From an uncultured Azospirillaceae bacterium (GTDB taxonomy: Bacteria; Pseudomonadota; Alphaproteobacteria; Rickettsiales; UBA3002): a stretch of 64,000 nucleotides of DNA. The notes beneath the pieces were generated by a model. The model did no database searches. It was not told the DNA's origin and was given only the letters and a program-made list of their open reading frames with translations. The stretch is from positions 126 through 64,125 of the forward strand of contig CAZMBI010000005.1 of NCBI GenBank assembly GCA_964564675.1. The letters run 5' to 3'. Shown one piece after another: positions 1-10,985 of this stretch (position 1 is its first letter; each line of letters starts with the position of its first letter). Made by a program: the position numbers and the translations under genes.

Positions 1-25
1 TAGGCACTGGCTGGTCAATTAAACG

Positions 26-102
26 TGGTCGGGGTGAGAGGATTCGAACCTCCGGCCTCTTCGTCCCGAACGAAGCGCGCTACCAGGCTGCGCTACACCC
101 CG
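26..102 (-). tRNA. tRNA-Pro (anticodon CGG), 3' CCA encoded
   Basis: The reverse complement folds as a 77-nt cloverleaf. Acceptor stem CGGGGTG/CACCCCG, D stem GCGC/GCGC, anticodon stem CTTCG/CGAAG with loop TTCGGGA (anticodon CGG), T arm GGAGG-TTCGAAT-CCTCT, then ACCA. Confidence 0.93.
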
Positions 103-173
103 ATTTTTCATCCGCCTGAAAATTGCTGGTTGTATAACGAATGTAGCCGCGCCGCGCAATAAAATAAAGGGGC

Positions 174-1577
174 TTAATAAATCGGCAACGCCGCGGCCGG
201 TGGCCCGAAAACCCGCTGCTGCAGATTGCCCGGCACGCTCACCGCCGATTGCGGCTGCCTCGGCCAGGCCGTCTGCTGCACCTGTTTTCCGCAGCCGGCC
301 CAGGGATTATCGCGCGCGCGGCCGACTTCTTCGCGCAATTGCGCGGTGATCTCGCTATCTTTCTCGCCCAGCACTTCCGGGCGGCCCAGAAATTGGGCCA
401 TCTGCGTAATCAACATCTCATGCATGGCAGGCTTTTCCTTGGCAATCAGTTCCGAGGCAATCGCAATCATACTGTGACGGACACTGCCGTCGGCTTCCAC
501 GCCCTCGCCATGCCCTTTCGATGAAATCGCAATCATGAATTCAGCTATCAGGTTGCTGGCAATAAACGCCGCCCGAAACGGAATGGAGGATAATTTCTGT
601 TTATTTCCAGATTTTCGGGCATCAGCATAATCGATCGAAGTGCTGTAGGCGTGAAACAACGTGCTCACCATCAGGCCGTAGCCGGTCACGCGCAGCGGTT
701 TCTCTTCTATCCAGCGCCAGGCCTGCTCCAACGTGTTGGCCGGCGGCGGTCCGTCCGGGTCGTGCTGTTTTTCTTTAATCAGTATGCCGCCGAAGGAAGC
801 AGCCGCAGTCAGACTGCCCAGCCCGACATCGGCCCAAGCACTGCTTTTGGCACGTACTGTCTGGGCAAACGGCACCTTATGCCGCAGGGCAGACGCCATA
901 ATCAACAACCCGGCAGTGCCGGTAAACGTGCCGAACAGTTCTGCTGGATAGCGACTGAGGTAATCTTCCAGTTTATCGAATGTACCCTGCTTATGCTGTT
1001 CGGCGATGTGGGTTAATGCGCAATCGGCGGGAATATCCTGTTGCTGCGCCTGCAAATGGGAGACCAGTCGCCGCGATAAATCGCGAACCTGCTTATCCGC
1101 ATTATCGTTTCGCCCGAATGCCAGCAATGCCCATGTCCCGGCCATATAAGCGAATCCGGCTGCCATATCCAGCTTATGCTGCTCTTTAACACCGTACATG
1201 ATGTAACTGATGTCGCCCGCGGCATACAGCAATCCGCTTAACTGAAGCGAGCGGGCCAGTATCTGGTCTTTTAAGGTGAGTTTATCTCCCGGTGAGGACA
1301 ACTCCTTGGGCTTACCCACCACCCAGTGACGCTGCTGCAACATGTCCAGCACGTCATCGGCCCGGGGAAACCCACGCACTTCCAGCGCTGGTTTTCCCAG
1401 ATAATAAGCGGGAATCGCCTGCCAGTGCTGCGCTTCAATCGCCTGGCGCACCTCGCTATATTGCTGCGGCGGCACCCCTTCCCGCAGCTTGATATAGGCC
1501 CGGTATCCGCCCTGTTCCGTGCGGATCATATGCACACGATCCACAAGCGACGGCGCTGGATATAGGTATGACGTCAC
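174..1577 (-). CDS. Hypothetical polytopic membrane protein (467 aa): N-terminal soluble ~90 aa, about 6 hydrophobic segments, soluble C-terminus
   Basis: Long ORF with coding-like composition and several 20-residue hydrophobic stretches (e.g. [56 protein letters not shown]). I recognise no family. Confidence 0.55.
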
Positions 1578-1811
1578 GTCGGCTCTGTTCTCCGGCTATT
1601 TTACTCCATCTTTCAGTGTAAGCGGTAATTATGGCAGTTTGATGTCGGTTTAGCTGAATTATTAGGCTTTTCCCGGGTTTTTTCAGTTTTAACGCCAATT
1701 TTACCCCGAAAACGGCCATATCCGGCTTATCATTCGTCCGTATGTGGCCTGGTTTAAGTTTCACTTGCCAAGCCGGGATACCACGACTAGCTTGCCATTC
1801 GTGACGGATGA

Positions 1812-2201
<390 letters not shown>

Positions 2202-2236
2202 TTTGTTAATTGTTTTACGAAGGAGTCAAGCAGCCA

Positions 2237-3643
2237 ATGAAAGCCAAAGATATCAGCAAAATGATCAAGGAAAACGACGTGCAGTTCGTGGATTTCCGAT
2301 TCACTGACCCGCGCGGGAAATGGCAACACACCGCTTATGTGGCGGATCAAGTGAGTGATGAAACGTTTGAAGACGGGATAATGTTCGACGGCTCCTCCAT
2401 CTCCGGCTGGAAAAGCATTAACGAATCGGACATGATCCTCAAACCCGATCCGGATACGGCGGCGATCGAACCGTTTACTGCGCAGCCTACCCTGATGGTA
2501 ACCTGCGATGTTATCGAGCCTTCCACCGGCCAGGCTTATAACCGCGATCCGCGTTCAACCGCGCGCCGCGCCGAGGCCTATCTCGCCTATACCGGCATTG
2601 GCGATACCGCCTATTTCGGGCCGGAGCTGGAATTTTTCGTATTTGACGATGTACGCTTTGATGTCGGCATGTTCTCCAGCTACTATCATCTGGAATCGGA
2701 AGAATCGCCCGAGAACAGCGGCAAACTCTATGAAATGGGCAATATGGGCCATCGCCCCGGCGTCAAGGGCGGCTATTTCCCGGTGCCGCCGGTGGATTCG
2801 CTAAGCGATTTGCGCTCTGAGTGTCTTACCACGCTGCGGCAGGTGGGTATTTCGCCGGTCCTGCATCACCACGAGGTCGCCCCGGCGCAAAACGAGCTGG
2901 GCATTCTGTTTTCCACCCTGCTTGGCACCGCCGACAATGTGCAGAAATATAAATATGTGGTGCAGATGGTCGCTCACTCCTACGGCAAAACGGCCACCTT
3001 CATGCCCAAGCCGGTCGCCGGTGATAACGGCTCCGGCATGCATGTGCACCAGTCGATCTGGAAAGGGGACAATCCGCTGTTTGCCGGCAACGGCTATGCC
3101 GACCTGTCAGAGACCTGTCTGTATTATATCGGCGGGGTCATAAAACACGCCCGCGCGATCAACGCCTTCACCAATGCCAGCACCAACAGCTATAAGCGTC
3201 TGGTCCCGGGCTTTGAGGCGCCGGTGCTGCTGGCGTATTCGTCGCGCAACCGTTCGGCTTCGGTGCGGATTCCACACGTGTCAAGCCCCAAGGCCAAGCG
3301 GATCGAAACCCGCTTTCCGGATTCCTCCGGCAATCCGTATTATGCCTTTGCCGCTTTGCTGATGGCGGGACTGGACGGGATCGAAAACAAGATTCATCCC
3401 GGTGATGCCATGGATAAAAACCTGTATGACCTGCCGCCTGAGGAATTGAGCAATGTGCCCCACGTATGCGGCTCACTGCGCGAGGCGCTGGTGGCGCTTG
3501 ATCAGGACCGTGGTTTCCTCAAAAAGGGCGACGTCTTTAATGATGACCTGATTGACGGATATATCGAGCTGAAGATGGAAGAGTGCCTCAAATGGGAAAC
3601 CACGCCTTCGCCCGTTGAATTCAAAATGTATTACAGCGTATAG
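2237..3643 (+). CDS. glnA: Glutamine synthetase type I
   Basis: Full-length GSI-like sequence ([27 protein letters not shown] adenylylation-loop region). AAGGAG lies 12 nt upstream of the ATG at 2237. Confidence 0.95.
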   Translation: MKAKDISKMIKENDVQFVDFRFTDPRGKWQHTAYVADQVSDETFEDGIMFDGSSISGWKSINESDMILKPDPDTAAIEPFTAQPTLMVTCDVIEPSTGQAYNRDPRSTARRAEAYLAYTGIGDTAYFGPELEFFVFDDVRFDVGMFSSYYHLESEESPENSGKLYEMGNMGHRPGVKGGYFPVPPVDSLSDLRSECLTTLRQVGISPVLHHHEVAPAQNELGILFSTLLGTADNVQKYKYVVQMVAHSYGKTATFMPKPVAGDNGSGMHVHQSIWKGDNPLFAGNGYADLSETCLYYIGGVIKHARAINAFTNASTNSYKRLVPGFEAPVLLAYSSRNRSASVRIPHVSSPKAKRIETRFPDSSGNPYYAFAALLMAGLDGIENKIHPGDAMDKNLYDLPPEELSNVPHVCGSLREALVALDQDRGFLKKGDVFNDDLIDGYIELKMEECLKWETTPSPVEFKMYYSV

Positions 3644-3664
3644 GCCGTGCCCCGCATGACACCT

Positions 3665-3692
3665 CCCTCCCCCCTTCTTAAGGGGGGGGGAG
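3665..3692 (+). terminator. C-run/G9 hairpin downstream of glnA (possible terminator, no U-tail)
   Basis: CCCTCCCCCC-ttcttaa-GGGGGGGGGAG forms a stem of about 9 bp starting 22 nt after the glnA stop. It contains a G9 homopolymer. Confidence 0.4.
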
Positions 3693-3818
3693 TCGCTAAA
3701 CCGGTCAGCACTGCTTTTGCTTGCTCGCGTTCATGCCGGCGCAAGCTGGAATCCTAAGAAATTAAGCGTCTTTTCTAATGACGTGATGCCCTCACCCCCG
3801 ATAGCTTTGCGCTTGCTT

Positions 3819-3850
3819 CCCTCTCCCACTGGGAGAGGGATAGGGTAAGG
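3819..3850. repeat. REP-like palindromic element (CCCTCTCCC-act-GGGAGAGGG followed by ATAGGGTAAGG)
   Basis: Perfect 9-bp stem with a 3-nt loop in the 345-bp glnA-mscS spacer. It resembles the GGGAGAGGG/TAGGGTGAGG type of intergenic palindromes common in Proteobacteria. Confidence 0.5.
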
Positions 3851-3988
3851 CTCCGCTTAAGATTTTATTACATCATCAAAAAAGACGAAACCGCCTAAAG
3901 ATTGTCGCTTTTTACCTGCGCGCGAGGCGGCTTCCATTGCCACTGAGTCAAAGTAAGGGCGGGCCTTCTCACACGGCTTATTATCACC

Positions 3989-5104
3989 CTACGCCGAAGC
4001 CTCAGCGATCTGCTCCTGTCCGCCGGCCATATGAATGGTGCGTGTGGGAAAGGCGATTTCGGCGCCGTATCCTTCGATAATGGCAGCCATTTTCAGCATG
4101 ACATCCTGCTTGACCTCATAAAACTCCGCCCATTTGGTCCGGCGCGTAAAGCAATAGATCATAAAATCACAGGACGAGCTGTTGAATTCATGGAAATTAA
4201 CGATGGTCGTCTGCTGCTCGTCGATTTCCGGATGATCAATCAGCATCTGTTTCACATCCCGCGTGATATCCGCCATGTGCGCCAGATCGTCATAACGGAT
4301 ACCGACATACATATTGAGCCGCCGGTAATACATGCGCGAGGGATTTTCCACCGCAATGGTGGTAAATACGGAATTAGGCACGTAAAGCGGGCGTTTATCA
4401 AACGTGCGGATGGTCACCAGGCGCCAGCCGATACGCTCCACATCCCCCTCAATCTCACGATCGGGCGAGCGTATCCAGTCACCCACCTTGAACGGTTTGT
4501 CAAAATAGATCATCGCCGCGCCGAAAAAATTGGCAAGTAGATCCTTAGCCGCAAAGCCCACGGCAATACCGCCCATCCCGCCAAAGGCCAGAAGTCCGCT
4601 AATACTCACGCCCAGGCTTTGCAGCACCATCAGCCCGGCGCCGACATTAATACTTATCTTAAGCAGTTTGCCGATGGCGTTTACGACAGTGATATCCACT
4701 TCCTGCGCCCGGCGTTGACGAGCAGAAATATAATTTTTTTCGCCGGCCGAGACAAAGCGGTTAGCTGACCAGGCTACCAGCAGAACCAGTACCACCTCCC
4801 GCAGGCCGACAATATCCTCCAGCAGCGTGAATTCCGTTTCCCGCGCGCTGATACGCAGCGCATAAAACAGGCCCATGAACCATACCGCGAGCTTGATGGG
4901 CTTGCGAGCCGTACCCAGCAGCACATCGTCCCACCAGACGTTGTTTCTTTTTAATCGGTTTTGGACGCGGTATAAAAAGGCATTCACCACCAAGCTGAAT
5001 ATCGCGGTGACCAATAGGACGATAAAAATCTCGATAACCCAGACATATTCTCCGTCATAGGCAATCAGCGCCTGCAGATATTGTAAAAACGCGTCTCTGT
5101 CCAT
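3989..5104 (-). CDS. Small-conductance mechanosensitive channel (MscS family)
   Basis: N-terminal TM helices, then the typical pore helix plus beta domain: GLLAFGGMGGIAVGFAAKDLLANFFGAAMIYFDKPFKVGDWI. Confidence 0.85.
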   Translation of the reverse strand: MDRDAFLQYLQALIAYDGEYVWVIEIFIVLLVTAIFSLVVNAFLYRVQNRLKRNNVWWDDVLLGTARKPIKLAVWFMGLFYALRISARETEFTLLEDIVGLREVVLVLLVAWSANRFVSAGEKNYISARQRRAQEVDITVVNAIGKLLKISINVGAGLMVLQSLGVSISGLLAFGGMGGIAVGFAAKDLLANFFGAAMIYFDKPFKVGDWIRSPDREIEGDVERIGWRLVTIRTFDKRPLYVPNSVFTTIAVENPSRMYYRRLNMYVGIRYDDLAHMADITRDVKQMLIDHPEIDEQQTTIVNFHEFNSSSCDFMIYCFTRRTKWAEFYEVKQDVMLKMAAIIEGYGAEIAFPTRTIHMAGGQEQIAEASA

Positions 5105-5245
5105 AGCCAGGACAGCTAGCCTATTTTTGCCTTCAACGCAACTGCTTGCAGCGAAGCACCGTTTCGTACAACCCTGCGGAATTTATTTGATTGTCCCCCG
5201 GATTCATTATAGGACGCATGTAAAAACATGTGAGGTGTAAGGATT

Positions 5246-6589
5246 ATGCTTCAGATATTTGCTGCTTCGCGTATCCTCCTAATAGGCATGACGCTGTGCT
5301 TGTTGACGGTCCCCGGCGTCGCACTGGCCGAAACCACCGTCTCCGGCGAGCTGCAATATATTCTCAACACCCTGCTGTTTTTAATCGGCGGCTTTCTTGT
5401 TATGTTCATGGCCGCCGGTTTTTGCATGCTGGAAGCAGGGATGGTACGCAGCACCAGCGTCAGTACCATATGCGTGAAAAACATCGCGTTGTATTCCATC
5501 GCCGGGCTGATGTATTACATGATCGGCTATAATTTAATGTATAGCGGGGTTGACGGCGGCTATTTCGGCGAATTCGCCGCATGGGCGATAGATGATTCCA
5601 CCAATGTCGATATCGAGGGCACGTTTATCGGCGAAGCCGGCGCCTATGCCGCCGGATCCGACTGGTTTTTCCAGATGGTATTTGTTGCCACCGCCGCATC
5701 CATCGTTTCAGGCACCATCGCCGAGCGGGCAAAGCTATGGTCATTTCTGCTGTTCGTCGCCATCCTCACCGGCGTGCTCTATCCGATTTCCGGCTCGTGG
5801 CTGTGGGGTGGTGGCTGGCTGGCCAGCATCGGCTTTGCGGATTTTGCCGGTTCCACCATCGTCCATTCGGTCGGCGGCTGGGCAGCACTGGTCGGCGTAT
5901 TGCTGATCGGCGCGCGGGCCGGCCGTTTCGATAAAAGTGGCAAATCGCACCCGATGCCCGGCTCCTCCATCCCGCTGGCCACCCTTGGCACCTTCGTACT
6001 CTGGCTGGGATGGTTCGGGTTTAACGGCGCGTCTCAGCTGGCCTTGGGTACGGCCGCCGATGCTTCGGCGGTTGCCACCATATTCGTTAACACCAATATC
6101 GCCGCATGTGCCGGGCTAGTGGTTGCCATGGTGTTTACCCAGTTAACTTTCAAAAAAGTTGATCCCAGCATGACGCTTAACGGTGCGCTGGCCGGTCTGG
6201 TCAGCATTACGGCCGAGCCGCTTATGCCCAGCATGGGTGAAGCCGCGCTTATCGGCGGCATCGGCGGCCTGCTTATGGCGATGGCGGTACCCATGCTGGA
6301 CCGCCTGAAAATCGACGATGTCGTCGGCGCCATCCCCGTTCACCTGATTTGCGGTATCTGGGGCACATTGGCCGTCCCCTTCACCAACCCGGAGGCCAGT
6401 TTTGTCACGCAGATTATCGGGATTGTCAGTATCGGCGCCTTTACCACGCTGGCCAGCCTGTTGGTGTGGCTGCTGATTCAGGCGATTATGGGGCTACGCA
6501 TTACGGAGGAAATGGAAGAGATGGGAATCGATCAGGCCGAAGTCGGGCTCGATGCCTATCCCGAATTTATTCGCGCCAGCAAATACTAA
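5246..6589 (+). CDS. amtB: Ammonium transporter AmtB with signal peptide
   Basis: Amt family motifs (FMAAGFCMLEAGMVR, ADFAGSTIVHSVGGWAALVGVLLIGAR, DDVVGAIPVHLICGIWGTL). AAGGA RBS. Confidence 0.93.
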   Translation: MLQIFAASRILLIGMTLCLLTVPGVALAETTVSGELQYILNTLLFLIGGFLVMFMAAGFCMLEAGMVRSTSVSTICVKNIALYSIAGLMYYMIGYNLMYSGVDGGYFGEFAAWAIDDSTNVDIEGTFIGEAGAYAAGSDWFFQMVFVATAASIVSGTIAERAKLWSFLLFVAILTGVLYPISGSWLWGGGWLASIGFADFAGSTIVHSVGGWAALVGVLLIGARAGRFDKSGKSHPMPGSSIPLATLGTFVLWLGWFGFNGASQLALGTAADASAVATIFVNTNIAACAGLVVAMVFTQLTFKKVDPSMTLNGALAGLVSITAEPLMPSMGEAALIGGIGGLLMAMAVPMLDRLKIDDVVGAIPVHLICGIWGTLAVPFTNPEASFVTQIIGIVSIGAFTTLASLLVWLLIQAIMGLRITEEMEEMGIDQAEVGLDAYPEFIRASKY

Positions 6590-6716
6590 GCTACGTCCCT
6601 GCCGCCGGGACTAAAAAACCTTGCATTTCCAGCACATCTTGCTATTAATCAGCCACTTTTGTGTAAACCCTAACCCGCTCGCAGGTCGGTATCCTGCTGG
6701 ATAGCAAGGTATAATT

Positions 6717-8492
6717 ATGGCTTCTCAGGCGCTGGCAGAGGAATTTGAAGACGAATTCTCTACAGGCGAAAATTTCGCAGAATTATTCGAATCCACCTAC
6801 GCAAATGAAAATATTCAAGAAGGCTCGGTGGTTAAAGGCACCATCATCGGCATCGAAAAAGATCTGGCTTTGGTCGATGTTGGGCTGAAATCCGAGGGAC
6901 GCATCCCGCTTGAGGAATTTGCCCAAGCCGGTAAAATCCCGGAAATCGAAGTGGGTGACGAATTCGATATTTACGTTGAACGCTTTGAGGACCGCAACGG
7001 GGAAGTGGTATTAAGCCGCGAAAAGGCCCTGCGCGAAGAATCCTGGGCGCGCCTGGAAGACATCTGGAAAAAAGGTGAACGTGTTGAAGGCGTTATCTTT
7101 AACCGTGTAAAAGGTGGCTTTACGGTGGATATCAAAGGCGCGGTCGCCTTCCTTCCGGGTAGTCAGGTTGATGTCCGCCCGATAAAGGACGTCACGCCGT
7201 TGATGCATGTGCCGCAACCGTTCCAAATCTTGAAAATGGACCGCAAGCGCGGCAATATTGTGGTCTCACGCCGCGCTGTGCTGGAAGAATCTCGCGTGGA
7301 AGCCCGTAACGAGCTGCTTGATAATATCCGCGAAGGCCAGGTGCTTGATGGCGTGGTCAAAAATATCACCGACTACGGCGCCTTTATCGATATGGGTGGG
7401 GTCGACGGATTGCTGCACGTCACCGACATTTCCTGGAAGCGCATCAATCACCCCTCCGAAGTGTTTCAGGTGGGAGACAATATCAAAGTCGTGGTCACCA
7501 AATTCGACGAAAAGACAAAGCGCATCAGTCTGGGCATGAAGCAGATGGAAGACAACCCGTGGGAAGGGATTTCCGATGAATTCCAAAAGGGCACCCGCTT
7601 TACCGGTAAAATCACCAACATCACCGATTATGGCGCGTTCGTTGAGCTTAAAGACGGCATTGAGGGCCTTGTGCATGTCTCGGAAATGAGCTGGACCAAG
7701 AAAAACACCCACCCCAGTAAGATCGTGCAGGTGGGCGACGACATAGACGTGATGGTGCTTGATGTGGAGCCGGAAAAGCACCGGATCAGCCTGGGCATGA
7801 AGCAGTGCATGGATAATCCATGGGCATCTTTCGCTGCCAACAATCCGGTAGGTACCGAGATTGAGGGCAAAGTTCGCAACATCACTGATTTCGGCCTGTT
7901 TGTCGGATTAGATAACGATATTGACGGGCTGGTGCATCATTCCGATATCAGCTGGAGCGCGAACGGAGAAGAAGCTATCAAGCTGTATAAAAAAGGTGAT
8001 ACGGTCAAGGCTAAGGTGCTGGTGGTTGACCCCGAAAAAGAACGTATCAGCCTGGGTGTCAAACAACTGGAGGAAGCCCCCGCCAATGCCACGGGAGGCC
8101 TTGCTAAGGGCAGTGTCGTCACCTGTACCGTCTCGGCGGTGGAAAAAGAGGGCATTGAAGTCACGATCGGCGACAAGCAGATCACCGCTTTCATCAAGCG
8201 CGGCGATCTCTCGCGCGACCGGCAGGAGCAGCGTCCAGAGCGTTTTGCCGTGGGCGACCGGGTGGATGCCAAGATTACCTCGGTTGATAAGAAAACCGGC
8301 AAAATCAACGTCTCGATCAAAGCCTACGAAGCCGACGAGCACAAGCGTGCGATCGAGGAGTACGGCTCCAGTGACAGTGGCGCCAGCCTGGGCGCCATTC
8401 TGGGTGCGGCGCTGGAAGAAGCCGGTCAAAGCGGTGACGAGCCGGCAGAAAAGAAAAAAACATCATCTAAAAAATCAAAAAAAGATGAATAA
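6717..8492 (+). CDS. rpsA: 30S ribosomal protein S1
   Basis: Six repeated S1 domains (GxVxG.V..I.dyGAFv...dGLvH.S). Lys-rich C-terminal tail. Confidence 0.95.
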   Translation: MASQALAEEFEDEFSTGENFAELFESTYANENIQEGSVVKGTIIGIEKDLALVDVGLKSEGRIPLEEFAQAGKIPEIEVGDEFDIYVERFEDRNGEVVLSREKALREESWARLEDIWKKGERVEGVIFNRVKGGFTVDIKGAVAFLPGSQVDVRPIKDVTPLMHVPQPFQILKMDRKRGNIVVSRRAVLEESRVEARNELLDNIREGQVLDGVVKNITDYGAFIDMGGVDGLLHVTDISWKRINHPSEVFQVGDNIKVVVTKFDEKTKRISLGMKQMEDNPWEGISDEFQKGTRFTGKITNITDYGAFVELKDGIEGLVHVSEMSWTKKNTHPSKIVQVGDDIDVMVLDVEPEKHRISLGMKQCMDNPWASFAANNPVGTEIEGKVRNITDFGLFVGLDNDIDGLVHHSDISWSANGEEAIKLYKKGDTVKAKVLVVDPEKERISLGVKQLEEAPANATGGLAKGSVVTCTVSAVEKEGIEVTIGDKQITAFIKRGDLSRDRQEQRPERFAVGDRVDAKITSVDKKTGKINVSIKAYEADEHKRAIEEYGSSDSGASLGAILGAALEEAGQSGDEPAEKKKTSSKKSKKDE

Positions 8493-8578
8493 TAAATCGG
8501 TGGGCGGCCTGATGTAAACGGACCGCTTTTCCTCGTCTGTCGCTGCGGATATAGCCGGAAAAACACAGGGTAGCCCGA

Positions 8579-9505
8579 ATGCCATTAGACGCTGATACGC
8601 TATTAGACCGTGTGCAACTCAAACAGCAGGTCACGCGTTGGCGGACCCTCACCATTATCGTCATTTGCCTGGCCGTGATTGCCCTGATGGCACGGTTCGA
8701 ATCCATCTCACCGATGGCCTCTGACCATATTGCTCGCGTAACCATCGATGGCGTGATCAGCGATAACCCCAAGCGATACGATATGCTTGAGGAGCTGCGT
8801 AAAAATAAACATGTGAAAGCGGTGGTGGTGCGGCTGGATTCCCCCGGCGGCACCGCTGTGGGCGGAGAAGAACTATATTTACGGCTGCGCCGCCTGGCGG
8901 AAGTCAAGCCCGTTGTCATCCTCATGCGCACCCTATGTACTTCCGCCGGTTATATGGCGGCACTCGGCGGCGATTATATATTGGCGCGCGAGGGCACGAT
9001 CACCGGTTCAATCGGGGTCATTATGCAAACCGCGGAATTCACCGAGCTCGCCGAAAAATGGGGCGTCAACCCGATTACTGTGAAATCCGGCCCCAACAAA
9101 GCTGCGCCCAACCCGCTGGAAAAATTTCAGCCGTCGCAACGCGATATACTCGAAGGCGTGGTGGATGATTTTTATTTCTATTTTGTTAATCTTGTCGAAG
9201 AACGCCGCAACCTCTCCACCGACGAAGCAGCAGTAATTAAAGACGGCCGCATTTTTACCGGCACCCAGGCGCTTGAGGCAAAATTAATCGACGCCATCGG
9301 CGGTGAGCTTGAAGCCAGGGAATGGCTTGCCGAAGCGCACGACATCCCGCGCGAGCTTGATATTCGCGACGCCAAGCTCAAAAAAGACGTGGAAGGCCTC
9401 TTCGATCAACTCGCCCAATGGGTGGGGCAAGCGTTTTTTTCGATAAAAAACCTGCAGCTACCCCTTGACGGATTAGTGCTGATTTGGCAACCTGCAAACC
9501 ACTAA
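8579..9505 (+). CDS. sppA: Signal peptide peptidase SppA (36K type)
   Basis: One N-terminal TM segment plus an S49 peptidase core (VKAVVVRLDSPGGTAVGGEELY, CTSAGYMAALGGD, GSIGV). Confidence 0.85.
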   Translation: MPLDADTLLDRVQLKQQVTRWRTLTIIVICLAVIALMARFESISPMASDHIARVTIDGVISDNPKRYDMLEELRKNKHVKAVVVRLDSPGGTAVGGEELYLRLRRLAEVKPVVILMRTLCTSAGYMAALGGDYILAREGTITGSIGVIMQTAEFTELAEKWGVNPITVKSGPNKAAPNPLEKFQPSQRDILEGVVDDFYFYFVNLVEERRNLSTDEAAVIKDGRIFTGTQALEAKLIDAIGGELEAREWLAEAHDIPRELDIRDAKLKKDVEGLFDQLAQWVGQAFFSIKNLQLPLDGLVLIWQPANH

Positions 9506-9551
9506 CTTATTACACATCAATAATTTTTATAATAACGAACAAGGTAACCCA

Positions 9552-9884
9552 ATGACCAAATCAGAGCTGATTCAGCGTCTTTCCCAAAAATTCCCTCATC
9601 TTTATCAGCGTGACATTGAAATCATCGTTAATACAATCCTTAACGAGATTTCGGAAGCGCTGGCGAGCGGCAATCGCGTGGAGTTGCGAGGCTTTGGGGC
9701 ATTTTCCATACGAGAGCGCGAGCCGCGCACGGCCCGTAATCCGAAAAACGGCGAATTGGTCAGTATCGGCACCCGTCATGCCATTTATTTTCGCACTGGC
9801 AAAGAATTGCGTGAACGGATCAACAAAGAGAAGCAGCAAGGGGAAACGGGCTCACAAGCAACGTCTGCAACCTCCGCTGCCTGA
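9552..9884 (+). CDS. ihfB: Integration host factor beta subunit
   Basis: MTKSELIQRL...VELRGFGAFSIREREPRTARNPKNGE, HU/IHF fold. Conserved rpsA-ihfB-lapA-trpF synteny. Confidence 0.92.
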   Translation: MTKSELIQRLSQKFPHLYQRDIEIIVNTILNEISEALASGNRVELRGFGAFSIREREPRTARNPKNGELVSIGTRHAIYFRTGKELRERINKEKQQGETGSQATSATSAA

Positions 9885-9918
9885 TGTTCCTGCTTTCAAC
9901 GCGCCATGAGTGTGATTC

Positions 9919-10230
9919 ATGATAAGCCTGTTTAAATGGCTCTTTCTTTTGCTCCTAACCGCGTTGCTGGTATTGTTCGCGGTGGTCAATCGTCACGATA
10001 TGCTGATCAGCCTCTATCCCCTGCCTTACCAGCTGGAGTTACCGGTTTATTTATTTGTTGCGTTCTTTTTTTTCATCGGTTTTATCATTGCCTGGCTGTT
10101 AATAACCATCCGCCATACGGGGGATGCGCTGGCATTGCGCAAATCCCGCAAGCGCGTTGAGGCGCTGGAGAATGAGCTGCGCGGGCTGCGTATTGGGCGC
10201 ACCTCCTCTTCCACCAGCTTACAATCATAA
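9919..10230 (+). CDS. lapA: LapA/DUF1049 family inner-membrane protein
   Basis: Two TM helices followed by a coiled-coil segment (ALRKSRKRVEALENELRGLR). Typical position between ihfB and trpF. Confidence 0.7.
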   Translation: MISLFKWLFLLLLTALLVLFAVVNRHDMLISLYPLPYQLELPVYLFVAFFFFIGFIIAWLLITIRHTGDALALRKSRKRVEALENELRGLRIGRTSSSTSLQS

Positions 10231-10254
10231 CGGATAATGCACGTGGGCTGGCCG

Positions 10255-10887
10255 ATGCGCATTAAGAATTGCGGGATGAAAAGCATGGACGCGGTCGATG
10301 CCGCCATGCGCAGCGGCGCTGATTATCTGGGGTTTATTTTTTACCCGCCCTCGCCGCGCCATGTCAGCCTGGATGCCGCCGCCGGGCTCACCCGCTCCTT
10401 GCCCGCGCATATCAGCACGGTGGCGGTCCTGGTTAATCCCGACGATGCCGAACTTCAGCAGCTATTTTCCGTATGGCGGCCCGATATGCTACAGCTTCAT
10501 GGCGATGAGCCGCCGCGCCGAGTATCAGCCATCAAACGCACCTGGCAGGTGCCCACTATCAAAAGCCTGCCCATGGCGGCACGCGTAGATGCGGCGCAAA
10601 TCAATGATTACAGTGCCGTAGCCGATTATGTGTTGCTGGATACCAAAGATAACGGCCTGCGCGGCGGCACCGGCCGGCCGTTTGACTGGTCCCTGCTGCA
10701 GGAAGTCACGCTGCCGCTGCCGTGGTTTTTATCAGGCGGGCTGACCAGTGATAATGTCGAGGAAGGGCTGCGCATCACACGCGCACCCATGGTGGATGTA
10801 TCATCCGGCATCGAATCGGCGCGCGGCGTCAAAGACCCCGCCAAAATTGCAGCATTTAATGAGACGGTACGATCCATCAGCCTTTAG
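10255..10887 (+). CDS. trpF: Phosphoribosylanthranilate isomerase
   Basis: MRIKNCGM...GADYLGFIFYPPSPRHV...QLHGDE...LLDT...GGTG..FDW. I chose the start at 10255 so the N-terminus matches the family; an in-frame ATG at 10237 is also possible. Confidence 0.88.
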   Translation: MRIKNCGMKSMDAVDAAMRSGADYLGFIFYPPSPRHVSLDAAAGLTRSLPAHISTVAVLVNPDDAELQQLFSVWRPDMLQLHGDEPPRRVSAIKRTWQVPTIKSLPMAARVDAAQINDYSAVADYVLLDTKDNGLRGGTGRPFDWSLLQEVTLPLPWFLSGGLTSDNVEEGLRITRAPMVDVSSGIESARGVKDPAKIAAFNETVRSISL

Positions 10888-10985
10888 CCGCTGGCCTGCA
10901 GCAATTACTGCTGGCTTACCCATGCCGTAAACTGCTACATACAGATTGAGATGATAACTGCTAATGACTGACTGCTGATTATTGC

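Noticed and set aside
1-1577. Genomic island integrated at tRNA-Pro
   Set aside because: No integrase, no att-like duplication of the tRNA 3' end and no compositional shift are visible inside the window. The upstream side lies outside the window.
7921-8517. 198-aa plus-strand ORF in an alternative frame of rpsA
   Set aside because: It fully overlaps the S1 repeats in another frame. Its Ser/Arg/Lys-rich translation has no features.
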